Shown: positions 24,840 to 38,880, counted from the first letter of the whole stretch. The stretch: DNA of 63,147 nt, filler included, from Octopus bimaculoides (GCF_001194135.2; 6 parts of 6 records of this genome joined end to end with filler, not necessarily neighbours in it); one strand, 5' to 3'. The notes: a model not told the origin generated them from the letters alone. Numbers and translations are program-made.

Positions 24840-26230
24840 GGTCTTTTAAGGGACGACCTGGGCCAGTTAAACCACCCTCCAAAATCCATAAACAACGAAA
24901 CGACTATTGTATCTTTTGATGTGGTAAACCTCTATATCATAATCCCACACCAATATGGCTTGAGAAATTCCCTCAGGAAATTCCAGATAGAACTGAAAAG
25001 AGTTTCATCACTGAAAGATTAAAGTTTATTAACAACTTTTTTGACTTTGATGGCAACATTTACAAACAAATATCTGGGACTGTGATGAGGACAAAAGTTG
25101 CTCTGACTTAACGCCAATCTAGTCATGGCATACATGGAGGTCCAGATATATGAACAATCTAAATTAAAATATAGCTTGAACTTCCACAAATATCTACTAG
25201 AAAACTGGAAACATTACTTAGATGACTGCTTAATCCTTTGGATGCACACATTTCAGCAACTTATAGATTTCAAAAATCTAATCAACAGCATAAACAATAT
25301 TAACTTTACCATGGAATATGGTAATACTCAACTACCATTCCTGGATATACTAATCATCAAAAGATAAAAACATTGAAACATATTTACTACAAACAAACAG
25401 ATTCTAAACAATACTTACTGTTCTCCTCATGCCATCCCAAACACAAAGAATAATATTCCCTTTAATCTAGCAAGAAGAATCTGCACGACTGTCTCAAACT
25501 CTGAAACTCACAATAAAAGACTCTAGGAACTAAAACGAGTACTACTTAAAAGACAAAATCCATTAATGTTAATAAACAAAAGAATAGAATGTGCCAAAGC
25601 AATAAATATTGAAGAACTAGGAAAAAATGGAAAATGCTCCAGATACATCCAATACTCTACCCTTTATTACAACACACAACCCAAGAAACACAGAGGTTTA
25701 TGATATTATCCACCAGAACATTCCACTACCAAAACAATACGCAAGAATGAAACAAGCATTCGAAATACACAAAATAATCAAAAGTAAAAGACATTCAAAG
25801 TCCCTCAAAAAATTCCTGAGTGCTAAATCACCTTCCAAAATTCCTATAACAAGTCAAAAAGAGTGGCCGCCCCAATTGCAGGACTTGCATCAATCTTATT
25901 GATACAAATTGATACATACAAATTCAAACCAGGATAGATTTTTACCATAAAAAATCACTTTACATGTTCTTCAAGAAATTTAATATACACTATCAAATGT
26001 CAAGGATGTAACGAAGATTACATAAGTCAAACAAAGCTTACTCTAAGAAACAGACTGACCATTCACTGACAACAAATACAAGACCCCAGTACTAGACAGA
26101 TGAGCAAAAAATAAGTCCCCCAAATTCCAGTTCTTCCCACTCTCCCTATGTTTGGTGAGTACCACAGATGAAGTATGGATAAACAAAGAAAATACTTTCA
26201 TACAAAAGTACAAACCAAGACATAACAAAC
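24840..26230 (+). mobile_element. Penelope-like element (A-rich), RT plus GIY-YIG pseudogene
   Basis: IVSFDVVNLYIIIPHQYGL; YANLVMAYME..YLDDCLILW; FTMEY...LPFLDILI; YLLFSSCHPK; FTCSSRNLIYTIKCQGCNEDYI.QT (GIY-YIG). Confidence 0.9.
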
Positions 26231-26954
26231 TTTAACGTACATATACAAATAACTATTCACACACAAAACTCATTCTGCCACTTAACATGAGGAACCAACA
26301 CAGCTAACAACCTAAACTTTAACCACTGAACTTTATACAGACAACTCCTGTCCACTCTACCACCTGACAGATTAAATTTGGAGTGCTTTGATTGTAACTA
26401 AACATGTTCACTCAACTGTGTTGGCTTTGTTTTTAGGCACAAAATATACCTGACACTAACACATGGATGTAGTAGGTAATGTACAAAAGATTATAAACTT
26501 AATCATGCGTTCATTCTCTACAAACACTTGACAGAAAACATTCAGAGCATTGATTGTTTGGACATGTTCAGTCAACCATGTCAGCCTTAGCTTATGATGA
26601 ATGCCAAACATCATCACTTGGTACTAACACACAGATGTAGTGGGGAAGCTACAAAAGTTTCTAAGACCAGTCATGTGACTATCCTCTACCAACCAAATTC
26701 TATTCAAAACATATACTAACTTGAGCCATGAACTTCCTATAAAAATCAGGCAAGCTTCAGACACTAACCAGAAGCAAGACAGCTGCGACATAAGCCACAT
26801 CTTTCTACTTCAACATTTTGAAAATCAGTGTAAACTGTAAAACCAGTTAAAGCTTTAAATATATTAATAAAAAATATTTAAACTATTCTCAGTGCATTTT
26901 CAATTTCTATTTTTCTTATATTTCTACCCGTGTGGAATAAAATATCTTTGTTTT

Positions 26955-27019
<65 letters not shown>

Positions 27020-27562
27020 TGTATGTATGTATGTATGTATGTATAAATACACACACACACATATGAATGCATGCATATCTATCTATCTATCTATCTATCT
27101 ATATATGTGCATGTGTGTATGTATACTTGAATGTTTGTCTTGATATAACATATTTGTAAATGAGTGCCAGTGTCATACAAGTAGTATCATTCATTTTCAA
27201 TATTCTGCAAAAACATTTCTGGCCAAGGAGAAATATTATCTTGCTTGGAAACAGGTGAGGGTTGGCAAGAGGAAGGGTATCTAGTTGTAAAAGAAATCTA
27301 TCTAAATAAACACTATTCAATCCAGGGAAGCATGAAAAAGTAGATGTTAAAATGATGATGATGATGTAGCAACACCCCACCAAGTTTCCCCTATCACTTT
27401 CAACAGTCTAATAGCTACGTATTGTGGTGACAACAGGTAACAAGAAAGTAGGTTTTATTTATGAAGGGGGATTCAAAACAGATAGTACGTCCAAGAAAAA
27501 CAGCAGGCATGCAAACTGTCAACTTCCAGAACAGGTAGATAGTGATAATAAATTACATGTAT

Positions 27563-29526
27563 TTGTCAAAAGTTGTTGGGTCAGGTAATGAAGGTCACGG
27601 AGAGGGTCAGAGCCCAGCTAATTAGGGAGAGAGTCAATTTAGATGAGATGCAGTTTGGGTTCATGCCAGGGAAAAGCACCACTGATGCTATATTTCTGGT
27701 AAGACAGCTGCAGGAGAAATACCTAGCCAAAGATAAGCCTCTGTACCTGGCTTTCGTTGACATGGAGAAAGCCTCTGACAGGGTCCTTCGATCCCTTATC
27801 TGGTGGTCAATGAGGAAACTAAGGATAGATGAATGTTTAGTGAGAGCTGTGCAAGCCATGTACAGGGAAGCTGTCAGTAAGGTGAGGGTTGGCAATGAAT
27901 ACGGTGAAGAATTTTGGGTAGAGGTAGGGGTCCACCAAGGTTCAGTCCTCAGCCCCCTCCTATTTATCATAGTCCTCCAAGTAATAACACAGGAATTCAA
28001 GACAGGGTGCCCCTGAGAGCTCCTCTATGCTGATGACCTTGCACTAATTGCTGAGTCACTATCAGAACTAGAGAAGTTTCAGGTGTGGAAGCAAGGATTA
28101 GAATCGAAGGGCCTTTAGAGTCAACCTAGCTAAAACCAAAGTCCTAATAAGTAGGAAGGCAAACAAACTACAAATCCCTTCAGGTAGATGGCCCTGCTTG
28201 ATCTATAGAAAAGGCATAGGTAGAAATTCTATAAGATGCACCCAGTGTAAGCTATGGACACATAAGAGGTGCAGCAATATCGAAGGAAGGCTAACTGGGA
28301 AGATAGTTTTTGTATGTAGCAGATGCTCAGGAGCAATAAACACTGAAAATGTGCAGAGAACAACTTCTGTCACATTCCAGGGAGAAAAACTAGATGTAGT
28401 TGATAGCTTCCATTACCTAAGTGACCAAGTCTGTAACGAGGGTGGGTGCTCTGAAAGTGTAGCTGCTAGAATAAGAATAACCTGGGCAACGTTCAGAGAG
28501 CTCTTACCTCTGCTGGTAACAAAAGGCTTCTCGCTCAGAGTAAAAGGCAGACTGTATGATGCATGTGTACAAACAGCCATGCTACATGGCAGTGAAACAT
28601 GGGCCGTGACTGCTGAGGACATACATAAGCTTGCAAGGAATGAAGCCAGTATGCTCCACTGGATGTGTAATGTCTATGCATACTCGACAGAGTGTAAGTA
28701 CCTTGAAAGAAAAGTTGGATCTAAGAAGCATAAGTTGTGGTGTGCAAGAGAGACGACTGCACTGGTATGGTCATGTGGTGAGAATGGATGAGGATAGCTG
28801 TGTGAAAAAGTGCCACACCCTAGTGGTTGAGGGAACTTATGGAAGAGGTATACCCAGGAAGACCTGGGATAAGGTGATGAAGCACGACCTTTGAACATTA
28901 AGCCTCACCGAGGCAATGACTAGTGACCGAGACCTTTGGAAATATGCTATGCTTGAGAAGACCCGGCAAGCCAAGTGAGACCATAACCCATGGCCTATGC
29001 CAGGGGTGTAACCAGCCCACTAAAGCATACCTTTCCTTCATTGGACACTAAACTCTGTTTGTGAAGACTTGTTGAGACAAGTGAAATCGAAGGTGAAATC
29101 AAATTCGATGACTGGCATCCGTGCTAGTGGAGCGCTAAGAGCACCATCTGAGCGTGATCGTTGCCAGAGCAGTAGACTGGCTTCCGTGCCGGTGGCATGT
29201 AAAAAGCACCATTCGAGCGTGATTGTTACCAGCATCGCCTTACTGGCACTTGAAAAAATATTCAAGTGAGGTCGTTGCCAGTGCCACTGGACTGGCTCCT
29301 GTGCAAGTGGCACGTTGCCAGTACTGCCCGACTGGCCCTTGTGCTGGTGGCATGTAAAAGCACCCACTACACTCTTGGAGTGGTTGACATGAGGAAGGGC
29401 ATCCAGCTGTAGAAATTCTGCCAGATCAGATTGGAGCCTCGTGCAGCCATCTGTTTCACCAGTCCTCAGTCAAATTGTCCAACCCATGCCAGCATGGAAA
29501 GCAGACGTTAAACGATGATGATGATG
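27563..29526 (+). mobile_element. RTE-clade LINE, 5'-truncated, with PHD-like insert in RT and long modular 3' UTR ending in (GAT)n
   Basis: MQFGFMPGKSTTDAIF..RQLQEKY..LAFVDMEKA..GVHQGSVLSPLLF..LLYADDL..KGRLYDACV..MLHGSETW..RLHWYGHVVRM. The 3' UTR has recurrent gtgccggtggcatgtaaaaagcacc modules. Confidence 0.93.
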
Positions 29527-31530
29527 AGACCAAAGGATACATATGGTCAGTAGCCAGAGTAATTCCAGCTCAGGTAGCACATACTAAAAGTGCTACCTTT
29601 CAAAAACTCATAGTTGGAACTCGGATCTCAAAATCAAACCTCAATACAAGGTACCTTGCATGTCCTTTTCAGTTACATTCTTCATACAAAAGTGTTACAG
29701 GCAATGATATCACAAACCTACAACATGTAATTGTTACCAGTGGTTTTATTATTGTTTTGTGTTACAGCTTAGGATTAAGTGGTGTGTCGTAGATATTTCT
29801 GTCCATTTGACAGTATTCAAGTCAAACCCTACAGTTCTCTGTGTGTGCTTTTACTGAGTGTTTGGGGCAGCTACTATGTTACTGTGAAAAATTATAGTAC
29901 TCAGAGCAAACCCTACCGACTTGTATTTAAAAAGTGAATGATGGAAAATGGCCTTGTCTCTGTTATCTATTGGTTACTATTCATGATGGCAATAACTGAA
30001 AGAAACATTCAGGGCTAGATCTGTGGATTGTGGTTAGTCATTTAACTAATTACAAGTGTGCCATAGGACTACTCACTCAGAGCATACCTAGACCTACACA
30101 ACAACACTTACAGAGAAAAACACTAGCTTTGCCATAAATTAAAATCAACCAGAATATGCATCACACATATTTCTTCAACCCTTTAGTATTCAGATTAATC
30201 TGTCAAATGTAATGCTTACATATTCACATTGTTTTGAATTAATCATGAATTATTTTGAAACTTGAGATTTTGACAACATGATCGTTTAATTTTAGAATGA
30301 CTTTGTAGGGTAAGTGGGAGAGGCTGGGCTTGGCCAGTTTAAATGTAAAACAAGCAGAGTATTTGAGCCATAGATGGTCAGTTTAAATGCAAAAGGATTA
30401 ATGCTGAGGAGTCTACAACCAAAAGATTAATCCATTAATTAAAGATGCAAAATGAAAAAGCAACAACAAAATTAAACCCCTAATATACACACAGTAGAGA
30501 TGATGTGACAAATGGAATAGTCAACCTTAAAGGCTTGACTATTCCAGTAAGACCTCATCTGTAAGGCCAAGACAAACTAAAGGCAGTGCTCCAGCATAGT
30601 TCTGGTCATCATACTATCAGAAAACTAAAGATTTTATTCAACCTAAACTCACAAACTCTTAATATACAGGTCACACAGGTATAGCAGGATCATACAGGAT
30701 TTGATATTTCTTGCCACAGCAATGACACATAAACTCAATATTCATTTAAGAGGTAGAAAAAGCACAAAGTATTATTTGATATTGTTAGTGTTAAAATCAC
30801 AATGAACTCAAAAGATCTGTGATTCAGGAGTCTGAAATTAAACATATAAATGAAGAGATATAACACAGCACTGATCACAATTGTAGACTATTTTATCCTA
30901 TCATCCAGAACATTATAAATCATGGTTTCACTTTACACAAGGGAGGAGAGATAGTCAAACAAATTTCCTTATGGTACCAGTATTTTATAGAGTTTTTAGG
31001 AATTTTCATTTCTTTCAGAAAAGCAAAATTGACTCCTAGTAGTCTTCAATATAGAACAAACAAAATTTATTAGAAATCCACACTGCTCCCAAGATATCAA
31101 TGTAAAATAATTTTTCTTTAATGTCATCACATATATTACTGAAAGTAGGGGTGTAAATTGCATATGAGAGTAGTTGTGGTGTGTATTTTATAAAAGATCA
31201 ATATCAAGGCAAAAGAAAATTTAATGTGGGTTAGAAAGCAAACTTCAATGAATATTCAATTATGATAATGAGGCTACAAACTTATAAGAGATGGCACAGT
31301 TGATTTAATCAATGTTAGTACTTGACTGGTACTTATTTTATAGAAGGATGAAAAATAAGATTGTTTCTGGAGGGGTTTGAACTTAGACCATAAGGAGATG
31401 GAAACACTGACATTTTGCATGCAGTTCTATAAATGCTGCCTTACTGATTTCCACTGATTTTTCATTGTCTTCTTTTTATAAACTACGATGCTTCACTAAA
31501 TTTTAAAATCTTCAAAGTTTAATAAATTTA

Positions 31531-32810
31531 TGAATGGTATCAAAAAGTTCCTGGACTAGATATGTTTAATAACAAATAGCTTATTTACCTAAGTTTTAAC
31601 ATCATCTCCTTCAAAATAGTTACCTTATGCAGCACTACACAGGTCTCAGTGTTCCTGCCACTTTTGGAATCTGGCCTGGAAGTTGTTTTCCATAAGTGAG
31701 TCAAGGACCTTCTGCCATTCACTTTGTATCTTGACAACAGTGTTAAAATGGCAACCTTTGAGCTACATTTTCATCTTGTGGAAAAGATGGAAGTCCACAG
31801 GTATTGAATCTGGTGGATAGGGCAGGTGTGGAAATGATACCATGTTGTTTTTGGTGAGAAACTCGAGTGAGGAGAGCTTGGTGACAGGGTGCATTGTCGT
31901 CATGAAGAATCCAATTCTTTGCCTTCCACAGATCTGGTCACTTTCACCAAATGTCTTTCCTCAAATGCTTCAAGATGTCGCAGCAGAACTCTCGACCGAT
32001 GGTCTGGCCCTGTGGGATAAATTCTCAATGCGGATGCCAAAAACAATTACGAGCATGCTCTTGACTGACCTATGGCTCTGTCAAGCCTTCTTTGGTCATG
32101 GAAATGAAATGCTCGTCCACTGTGATGACTACTGCTTTGTCTCAAGGTTGAACCTGTAGATCCAACACTCATCACTGGTCATGATCCTCAACATGAAGGA
32201 TGGGTCATCAGCAGCACACTGACAGAGATCTTGACAGACTTCGATGCAATGTTATTTTTGCTCAGTGGTTAGCAGGCAGGGGACAAACTTGGCAGAGATA
32301 TGCTACATGTTCAATTCAGTCATTAGGATTGCCTGCACAAACCCATACGACAGACCAACAACACCAGCAATGTCATGGATTGCCCTCCAATGATCCTCAC
32401 ACACAAGCTGATGAATTTCCTCCACATTTCCAGGTGTCATGCTCATAAGAGGTCTTCCAGATCGCTCATCATCTTCTAGGGATATTCTTCCACTTTTGAA
32501 GCACTCGTGTCACTTGAAGCATTGTGTATAATCCATTGCCTCATCACCATAAGTTTGCTGAAACATACTCTAGGTCTCTGTAGCAGACTTCGCAAATTTA
32601 ATGCAAAATTTCACATTGGCTCTTTGTTCCAACTTCCTGGTAATGACAAAATCGCAGACTACAGCATACATATGATCACAAAAACTCAGCAATGTCATCT
32701 GGCACACTGCCTCATGAAGGTCACTGCTAGCTCTTGTTGTGCATACAACCATGTGCTGCCATCAGTTGGCACGCTACAGAACTAGTCTGGGAACTTTTTG
32801 ATACCATCTA
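31531..32810 (-). mobile_element. Mariner (DD34D-type) DNA transposon, degenerate, near full length
   Basis: TIRs atggtatcaaaaagttcctggactag (31534-31559) and ctagtctgggaactttttgataccat (32782-32807). N-terminus EQRANVKFCIKFAKSATET; a YSPDL-like C-terminal segment lies near 31750-31830. Confidence 0.9.
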
Positions 32811-33039
32811 ATAATGTAATATTTAAGTAAGGTATTTTTTAATCCTCTAATGTTTCAGTTATTGGTCTGTAGCTATGCTTTGGCACTGCCTTTGAGGGGT
32901 TAGTTGATCATATCAACTAACTTATTTTATAGATCTTAATCGATCCTAAGCTACAGGACAAATGTGAACGTGGATATGTTTACTTGCTTCAAACTCTTGC
33001 TTGATGGGGATGGGGGTCATCCCAGGTTAGTGGTCCCAG

Positions 33040-34100
33040 AGATGTCACCGTGTATAAAACAGACTAGATTCATCAGTGTTTTCTGTCACTGGTGGTCATG
33101 TACCAGCTCCACTGCATCCATCAAGGTGATGTCAAGCCTCTGGAGATATTCCCCAATCATGTCCAGCCATCTGGTGTGGGGCTTGCCAAAGGCCTCTTTC
33201 AGCCCATAGCTACTATATCGAATGAGAGTAATGCCCTGGTAGAATGATCTAGCAGGAAACAGAGGACATGTCTGCACCAGTGCATGTGACAGAGAGTTAT
33301 GAGGTGAGAGGCTGCAGGCTGATGCATGTGCACATGCAGTTCTTTGTTGAAAACATGATGGTACCATTTGATATTTTCAATGGTTTTCAGGGCTCTGCTA
33401 TCAATGCCATCAATCCTCTCTTTGCCAGGGTCTTCAAGAGGGGCCATGTTTCTACTCCATAGCAGAGAACTGAGAGGGTCAATGTGTTGTAGATGCAGAG
33501 CTTTGTCTTCTGGGAGATAGAGCTGTGGTGCCAAAGGAGCTTCCATTAGGAGTACATGACCCTGGTGGCCAGACCACATCTGCATTTGAACTCCAGGATC
33601 AGGTCTCCATCATTGGTGACTGTGGAGCCCAGGTACATGAAGGAACTCACAAACTCCACGACATCAGGGCCAATATGGAGAGAGGAAGGATCCAGGACAT
33701 CTTCAACATGCATCAGCTTTGTCTTCACCCAACTCACTTGAAGGCCAAACTTTGCTGATTCTTCTCCAGAGACTCCTCACAGATCTTGGTCATCAGATAA
33801 TTGATGGTCAGAGGTAGCCATGGGGTCATCAGATAATCGATGGTTGGGCAGCCATGCAGCCCTGTCTGACTCTGCTGTTGATGGGGAACCAGTCAGAGTC
33901 CTTCCCATTCACCGACATGCAGCTCTTAGCACTGTAATAGAGCCGCTGGAACAGAGCAGTAATCTTGAGAGGTGCATCAATGAGCTTAAGAATTCTCCAG
34001 AGGGATGTATGGTAAACTGTGTTGAAAGCTGCCTTGAGGTTGATGAAGGTGGTGTAGAGGCGATAATCTTTGCAGAACTGCTGAGATCTGTTTTTTTTGC
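33040..34100 (-). mobile_element. RTE-clade LINE RT/C-terminal pseudogene (family lacking the PHD insert)
   Basis: LKAAFNTV..LWRIL..RVRQGC; WVKTKLM..VEFVSSFMYLGSTV; GKPHTRWLD. Confidence 0.85.
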
Positions 34101-35744
34101 TCTTCATCTCATCATTGAAAGATTGCAGGAGTTCTGCAAAGTATGTGGATATATACACACATATATAGTAGGTCTCAGTACAGCTTTCACCAACCAAATT
34201 TCACTTACAAGGGTATATTAGAATACATTTTCTTAACATGCTATGCAATGGGACCGAACCTGAAACCACAAGGCTTGAAGGGAACTTCTTAACTGTACAA
34301 CCATGCATGTGCCTATTTAACCTGCACTTATAAAGACAGCTACCTATACATTTGATATTATAATTGGTGAGCAAAAATGTCACTGGCATCTAGCAGGCCT
34401 ACGACCAGTTCACTACATTTCTGACAGTCTAACTGACTAGGGAGTGTCTGACTTGATGCTGAATAAATATCTCAAGGGACTTAGTTCAGAAAACATTGTT
34501 ATTTTAGTTTACTTGCCAATCTTTTAATCCTTTACTGACATACAATAGTGGAAGATATAAACATAACCATATACATGCACAATGATTTCCACACAATTTC
34601 TGTTTACCAAACTTCACTCACAAAGTATTGTTCACCTCAAGACTATGATGCAAGACATTTGTCCAAGGTGTGCAATGGGATAGAATGTGGAACCACATGG
34701 TTTTGATACAAACTTCTTAACTAGGTGTATATGTTAAAGATTCACCTCACTCATAATTGAATGAACATCTTTTGTCTTGAAATTTCTACAATTATGAGAT
34801 TGCAAAGAAAAAAGAAAATCAACCCACCTATTACAAATTTTTTGTTTTTAACTTTTGGGAATTTCTCTCTGTCTGTCTGTCTCTCTCTCTTTTTCTCACA
34901 CACATGCACACACACACATACATATTTTAATTGTCCATTGAAAAATATGATTATGAATCTGAAAAAAGTTTTTTCCAAGTGTGTCTCTTAAAAATTAATT
35001 TCCCCTTTTAATTTTTGAAATACCCACACTTGTCTGATGCCAACTTTCTGGATGTTTTAAACTCATCCATTTCATTTGTGCATGTGTGGATGCATGCTAA
35101 AAAAAAACAACAAACAAACAATACTTTGAACAAATGCAGCGTGACCTCAGTGTGGTCACTCAATCTGCTAGAAATGACAGCAAAATACCCTTCAAACCAT
35201 ACACCACTGTTGTCTTACAAAATGAAAGACACATTCGGTCAAGATATGGAGATTATGATCTTGAAAAAGAATTTTTCAACTTTCTACATCTTAACCCCTT
35301 TTACTGTCTTTTGGAATAACAGCATACACCCAATAGAAATAAAGAATACAGCAGCACAATTGTTCTCCAACTTAGAAATACCAGCTCTCCACTCAACAAA
35401 AATATTAGTGAAATTAGTACTGCCAGTCTTATGAGAAACACTGCATTAGCACCTTGTAGACATTCACTATTGCACACTCAGCCTGCCTTCCTTCCTCCCT
35501 ACAGGGAAGCTTTCCATATTCAGATTCTTATGCAATTTCACTTTGCTCTTGGTGCAATAAATTGGACAATATAGATATCCAAAAAGACTGACAAAATCTT
35601 TAAAATCAACACAAAAAGCCACCTAACCCTTGAGACCAAAATAGTAATTTAATAAGTTTCAATCTTGTCAATTTGTTAAATTGAAGAATCACGATACTTC
35701 TCAAATCTACAGATTCTTCACTTGGCTTGTTCCTTTTTAAGGGA

Positions 35745-36144
35745 TACTCTTTTACTTGTTTCAGTCATTTGACTGTGTACATGCTGGAGCACCATCGTTA
35801 GTTGAGAAAATCGACCTCAGGACTTATTCTTTGTAAACCTAGTACTTATTCTATCAGTCTCTTTTTGCCGAACCGCTAAGTTACAGGGACGTAAACACAC
35901 CAGCATCGGTTGTCAAGCGATGGTAGGGGGACAAACACAGACACACAAACACACATATACATATATATATATACATATATACGATGAGCTTCTTTCAGTT
36001 TCCGTCTACCAAATCCACTCACAAGGCTTTGGTCGGCCCGAGGCTATAGTAGAAGACACTCACCCAAGGTGCCACGCAGTGGGACTGAACCCGGAACCAT
36101 GTGGTTGGTAAGCAAGCTACTTACCACACAGCCACTCCTGCGCC
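35745..36144 (-). mobile_element. SINE family 1, full length, well preserved
   Basis: Head aggcgcaggagtggctgtgtggtaag...gggttcagtcccactgcgtggcaccttggg through to the tail gactgaaacaagtaaaagagta. Confidence 0.93.
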
Positions 36145-37068
36145 TATATGTGAGGATTGAAAAAAGGAGCAAACAAATCATCATATTTAATAAAATTAAA
36201 ATGATTAAAAATTTTAAAACTTGTCTAACTTGACAAAGAAAAGAATTATATGGAGGCAAACGGTTTCATCTTATTAAAAAAGAGAGGGAGAATAAAATAA
36301 ATTTCCCTAATATTTTAGTAGGGGAAGGGTGCTGGTATTTGTCAGTTTGAGAACTGTTACATTATAGGAACTGAAATTGCATAACAACCTCGAGAACACT
36401 TCCATGTTGGTGGAAATGAAGGTTGACAGTACAGTAATGGAAGTTTACAATATGCTGATGTAATATTTCTCAGAAGAATGGTAGTTCTTTCTAGGTGGAT
36501 CACCGACTAAAAAAGTGAAAAGTAATTAGTATTTTTAAAAAAGTTAAAATGATTCAAAACTTTTAAAACTTGCTCAAAACACCATGACAAAGAAAGCAGA
36601 ATTATGTGGATGTAAACTCTTTTTGATTTCTCTTTGATATGGGAATGAAGTCAAAAAAATTTCCTTAATATTTTGTGGTTGTGTGGTGGAGTTGGTATTT
36701 GTAAGTTAGAAAAGAACTTTATTTCTACTAGATAGGTGTTGTTATTCTGAAAAGAGGGAGGGGTGATTTAATATGTAGAAATAAAAAAAAAAATTTTTTT
36801 TCCAGACTCATAATCTCTGTATTTATGTACACCTTGAACTATTGTCCAATGTGTCCTTCATTTCAAACAATAAAAGTGTACCATTTGAAGATTTTGCTGT
36901 TATTTCTAGCAGATTGAGTGATCACATTAAAGTCACCTTTCCTTATTAGCTCAAATTCCTGGTTATTATTAAGCATGTACTCATGCATATGTAAATGAAA
37001 TAGACAAGTTTAAAAACTTAAGAACATTGGTTCTTGTGGGGACAAGAGCATGCCAAAAGCCAGAAGTA

Positions 37069-37919
37069 CAGGGTATTCAGGCTAAATTTGATAATTTTTT
37101 ATGTCTCCTTTTTTCAGAAACAGCTTGATGTATTTGGTGAATAGTCAATGGCATTTGAGAACTTAAAGATTGAAGTTGTTGAGAAAAAGTTAGATGACAT
37201 GGAGGACTGGAAGCTATTTGAATACTGGAAAAGAGTTACCTGCATCATGATGATTAGCACTGGGTTTCAAAATGCCAATATCATGACTACTGCTCAATGC
37301 TTTGTGAACATGGCAAAAGTTGTAAGATATGACATGGAGACCATGAAGCCATGGCCAGCAGAAAAAGACACAACAAAAATTCTGACTGCACTGTATGCTA
37401 GAACTCATCCAACAACAACAGGACAAGGTGATGGAAGATCTGAGCAAGGGAATTTGGGCTTTGGTGAGAGAGATGGGTGTTGCCATCATGAAACTAGCCT
37501 TGAATGAGGACCTTCATTACCATTTGTACAAACGTGGACAAGGAACAAATTCTGACAGCCAAAGCCAAGGAGAACTGCTTGATAAAGGCAAAACAACTCC
37601 AGAACAAGCTATGGGGCAAGGTTGAGAAAAATACCAACGGCTTTGCCTAAAATATCAAGGCTGAGCTGGTGACCAAGATCAAGGAGGTGTTCAAAGATCT
37701 TCCCAGGAACATAGTGAGGAATGTATACACCAGGTCCAAAAGTTGTCTTCAGGCTCTGATGGGAGCTAAAGATGGATACTTTAAGTAAACTGGTACCTGC
37801 CGGCCAATATCTAGTTGATATTTTTTTATTTTTTTCAAAAATATTTTTATTTTTGGATGGGATAGTGTTTTTTCTGTTTATCTTTTATGCAAACTGTCAA
37901 ATTTAGTTCAAACACCTTG
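37069..37919 (+). mobile_element. Tc1/mariner-superfamily non-autonomous deletion derivative with TA TSD
   Basis: TA|cagggtattcaggctaaatttga ... tcaaatttagttcaaacaccttg|TA. C-terminal remnant KAELVTKIKEVFKDLPRNIVRN....GYFK. Confidence 0.85.
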
Positions 37920-38146
37920 TAGGAATGAGTTAATTTTTGTAAAAAAACTGAAATTTTGAAACAATATTTTTTCAGAAACATAATCTCTGTATATTTAAAT
38001 ATGTAATTCCAGTAGAGTTAAAGCATAAAAAAATTATGGTGGGATGGGGGAAATTAGAATTTTTAAGAGCTGTTTTCTTGGCATAATTCATTGTGGAAAA
38101 TGTAAGAAGCTAAAGAAATTAAAGAAAAACAACAAAAAACAATATA

Positions 38147-38820
38147 CAGGGTGTTTGGGATAAATTTGATGATTTCTTATGTCTACTTTCTTCATGAACA
38201 GCTTGGTGTATTGGTGAACAGTTAACAGTGTTGAAAGCATAAAGACTGAAGCTGTAATTGAGAAAAAGTTAGCAGACATAGAGCACTGGGAGCCAGCTGA
38301 ATATTAGAAAAGAGTTGCCTGAATCATAATGATTTGCACTAAGTGTCAAAATGCTGACTTCATGACTGCTTCTCAATGCTTTGTGAACATAGTAAAGGCT
38401 GTAAGATGTGACATGGGCAGCTGCAATGGAGACTATGAATCTGTGGCCAACTAGAAAGGAGAAAGCAGATATTCTATGTCTACATGCCAGAATTCATCAT
38501 TGCATCTCTGAATAGGGACTTAGGCTCAATTCAGACAGCTATGTGAAGCTGCTGGAGACTGTGGTCAATCTGTGGCTGGAGAGGGTTGCTGCTGCAAAGC
38601 CATAGTGTGGCACCAGAATTTGGCTCCTTGCTGAATCTTTCAGAATTGGTTGGCAGAAAATTTCTATGACTTCACCAGCCCCAATTGCTGGCATCCTAAT
38701 TCCCCTATTATAATCCCATGGGTTACTATGTGCGGGGCATTGTTGAAAGACACCAACTGCTCTGCCTTGCAACACTAAGGCTGAGCTGATGGCCAAGATT
38801 TGCGAGAATCTGAACATTTC
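38147..38820 (+). mobile_element. Second copy of the same Tc1-like family, 3'-truncated, retaining part of the catalytic domain
   Basis: TA|cagggtgtttgggataaatttga. The 5' ~270 bp align with 37069-37340; then NFYDFTSPNCWHPNSP..NPMGYYV.G...NTKAELMAKI (WPPNSPDxNP-type motif). Confidence 0.85.
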
Positions 38821-38880
38821 AAATAACTTCAGTAGATGAAGAGAAATATATTAACTTATAAAATTAAAACTTTTAATATG

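Noticed and set aside
30513-30546. 12-bp hairpin tggaatagtcaa/ttgactattcca
   Set aside because: Short and adjacent to a degenerate SINE tail remnant; most likely part of that repeat.
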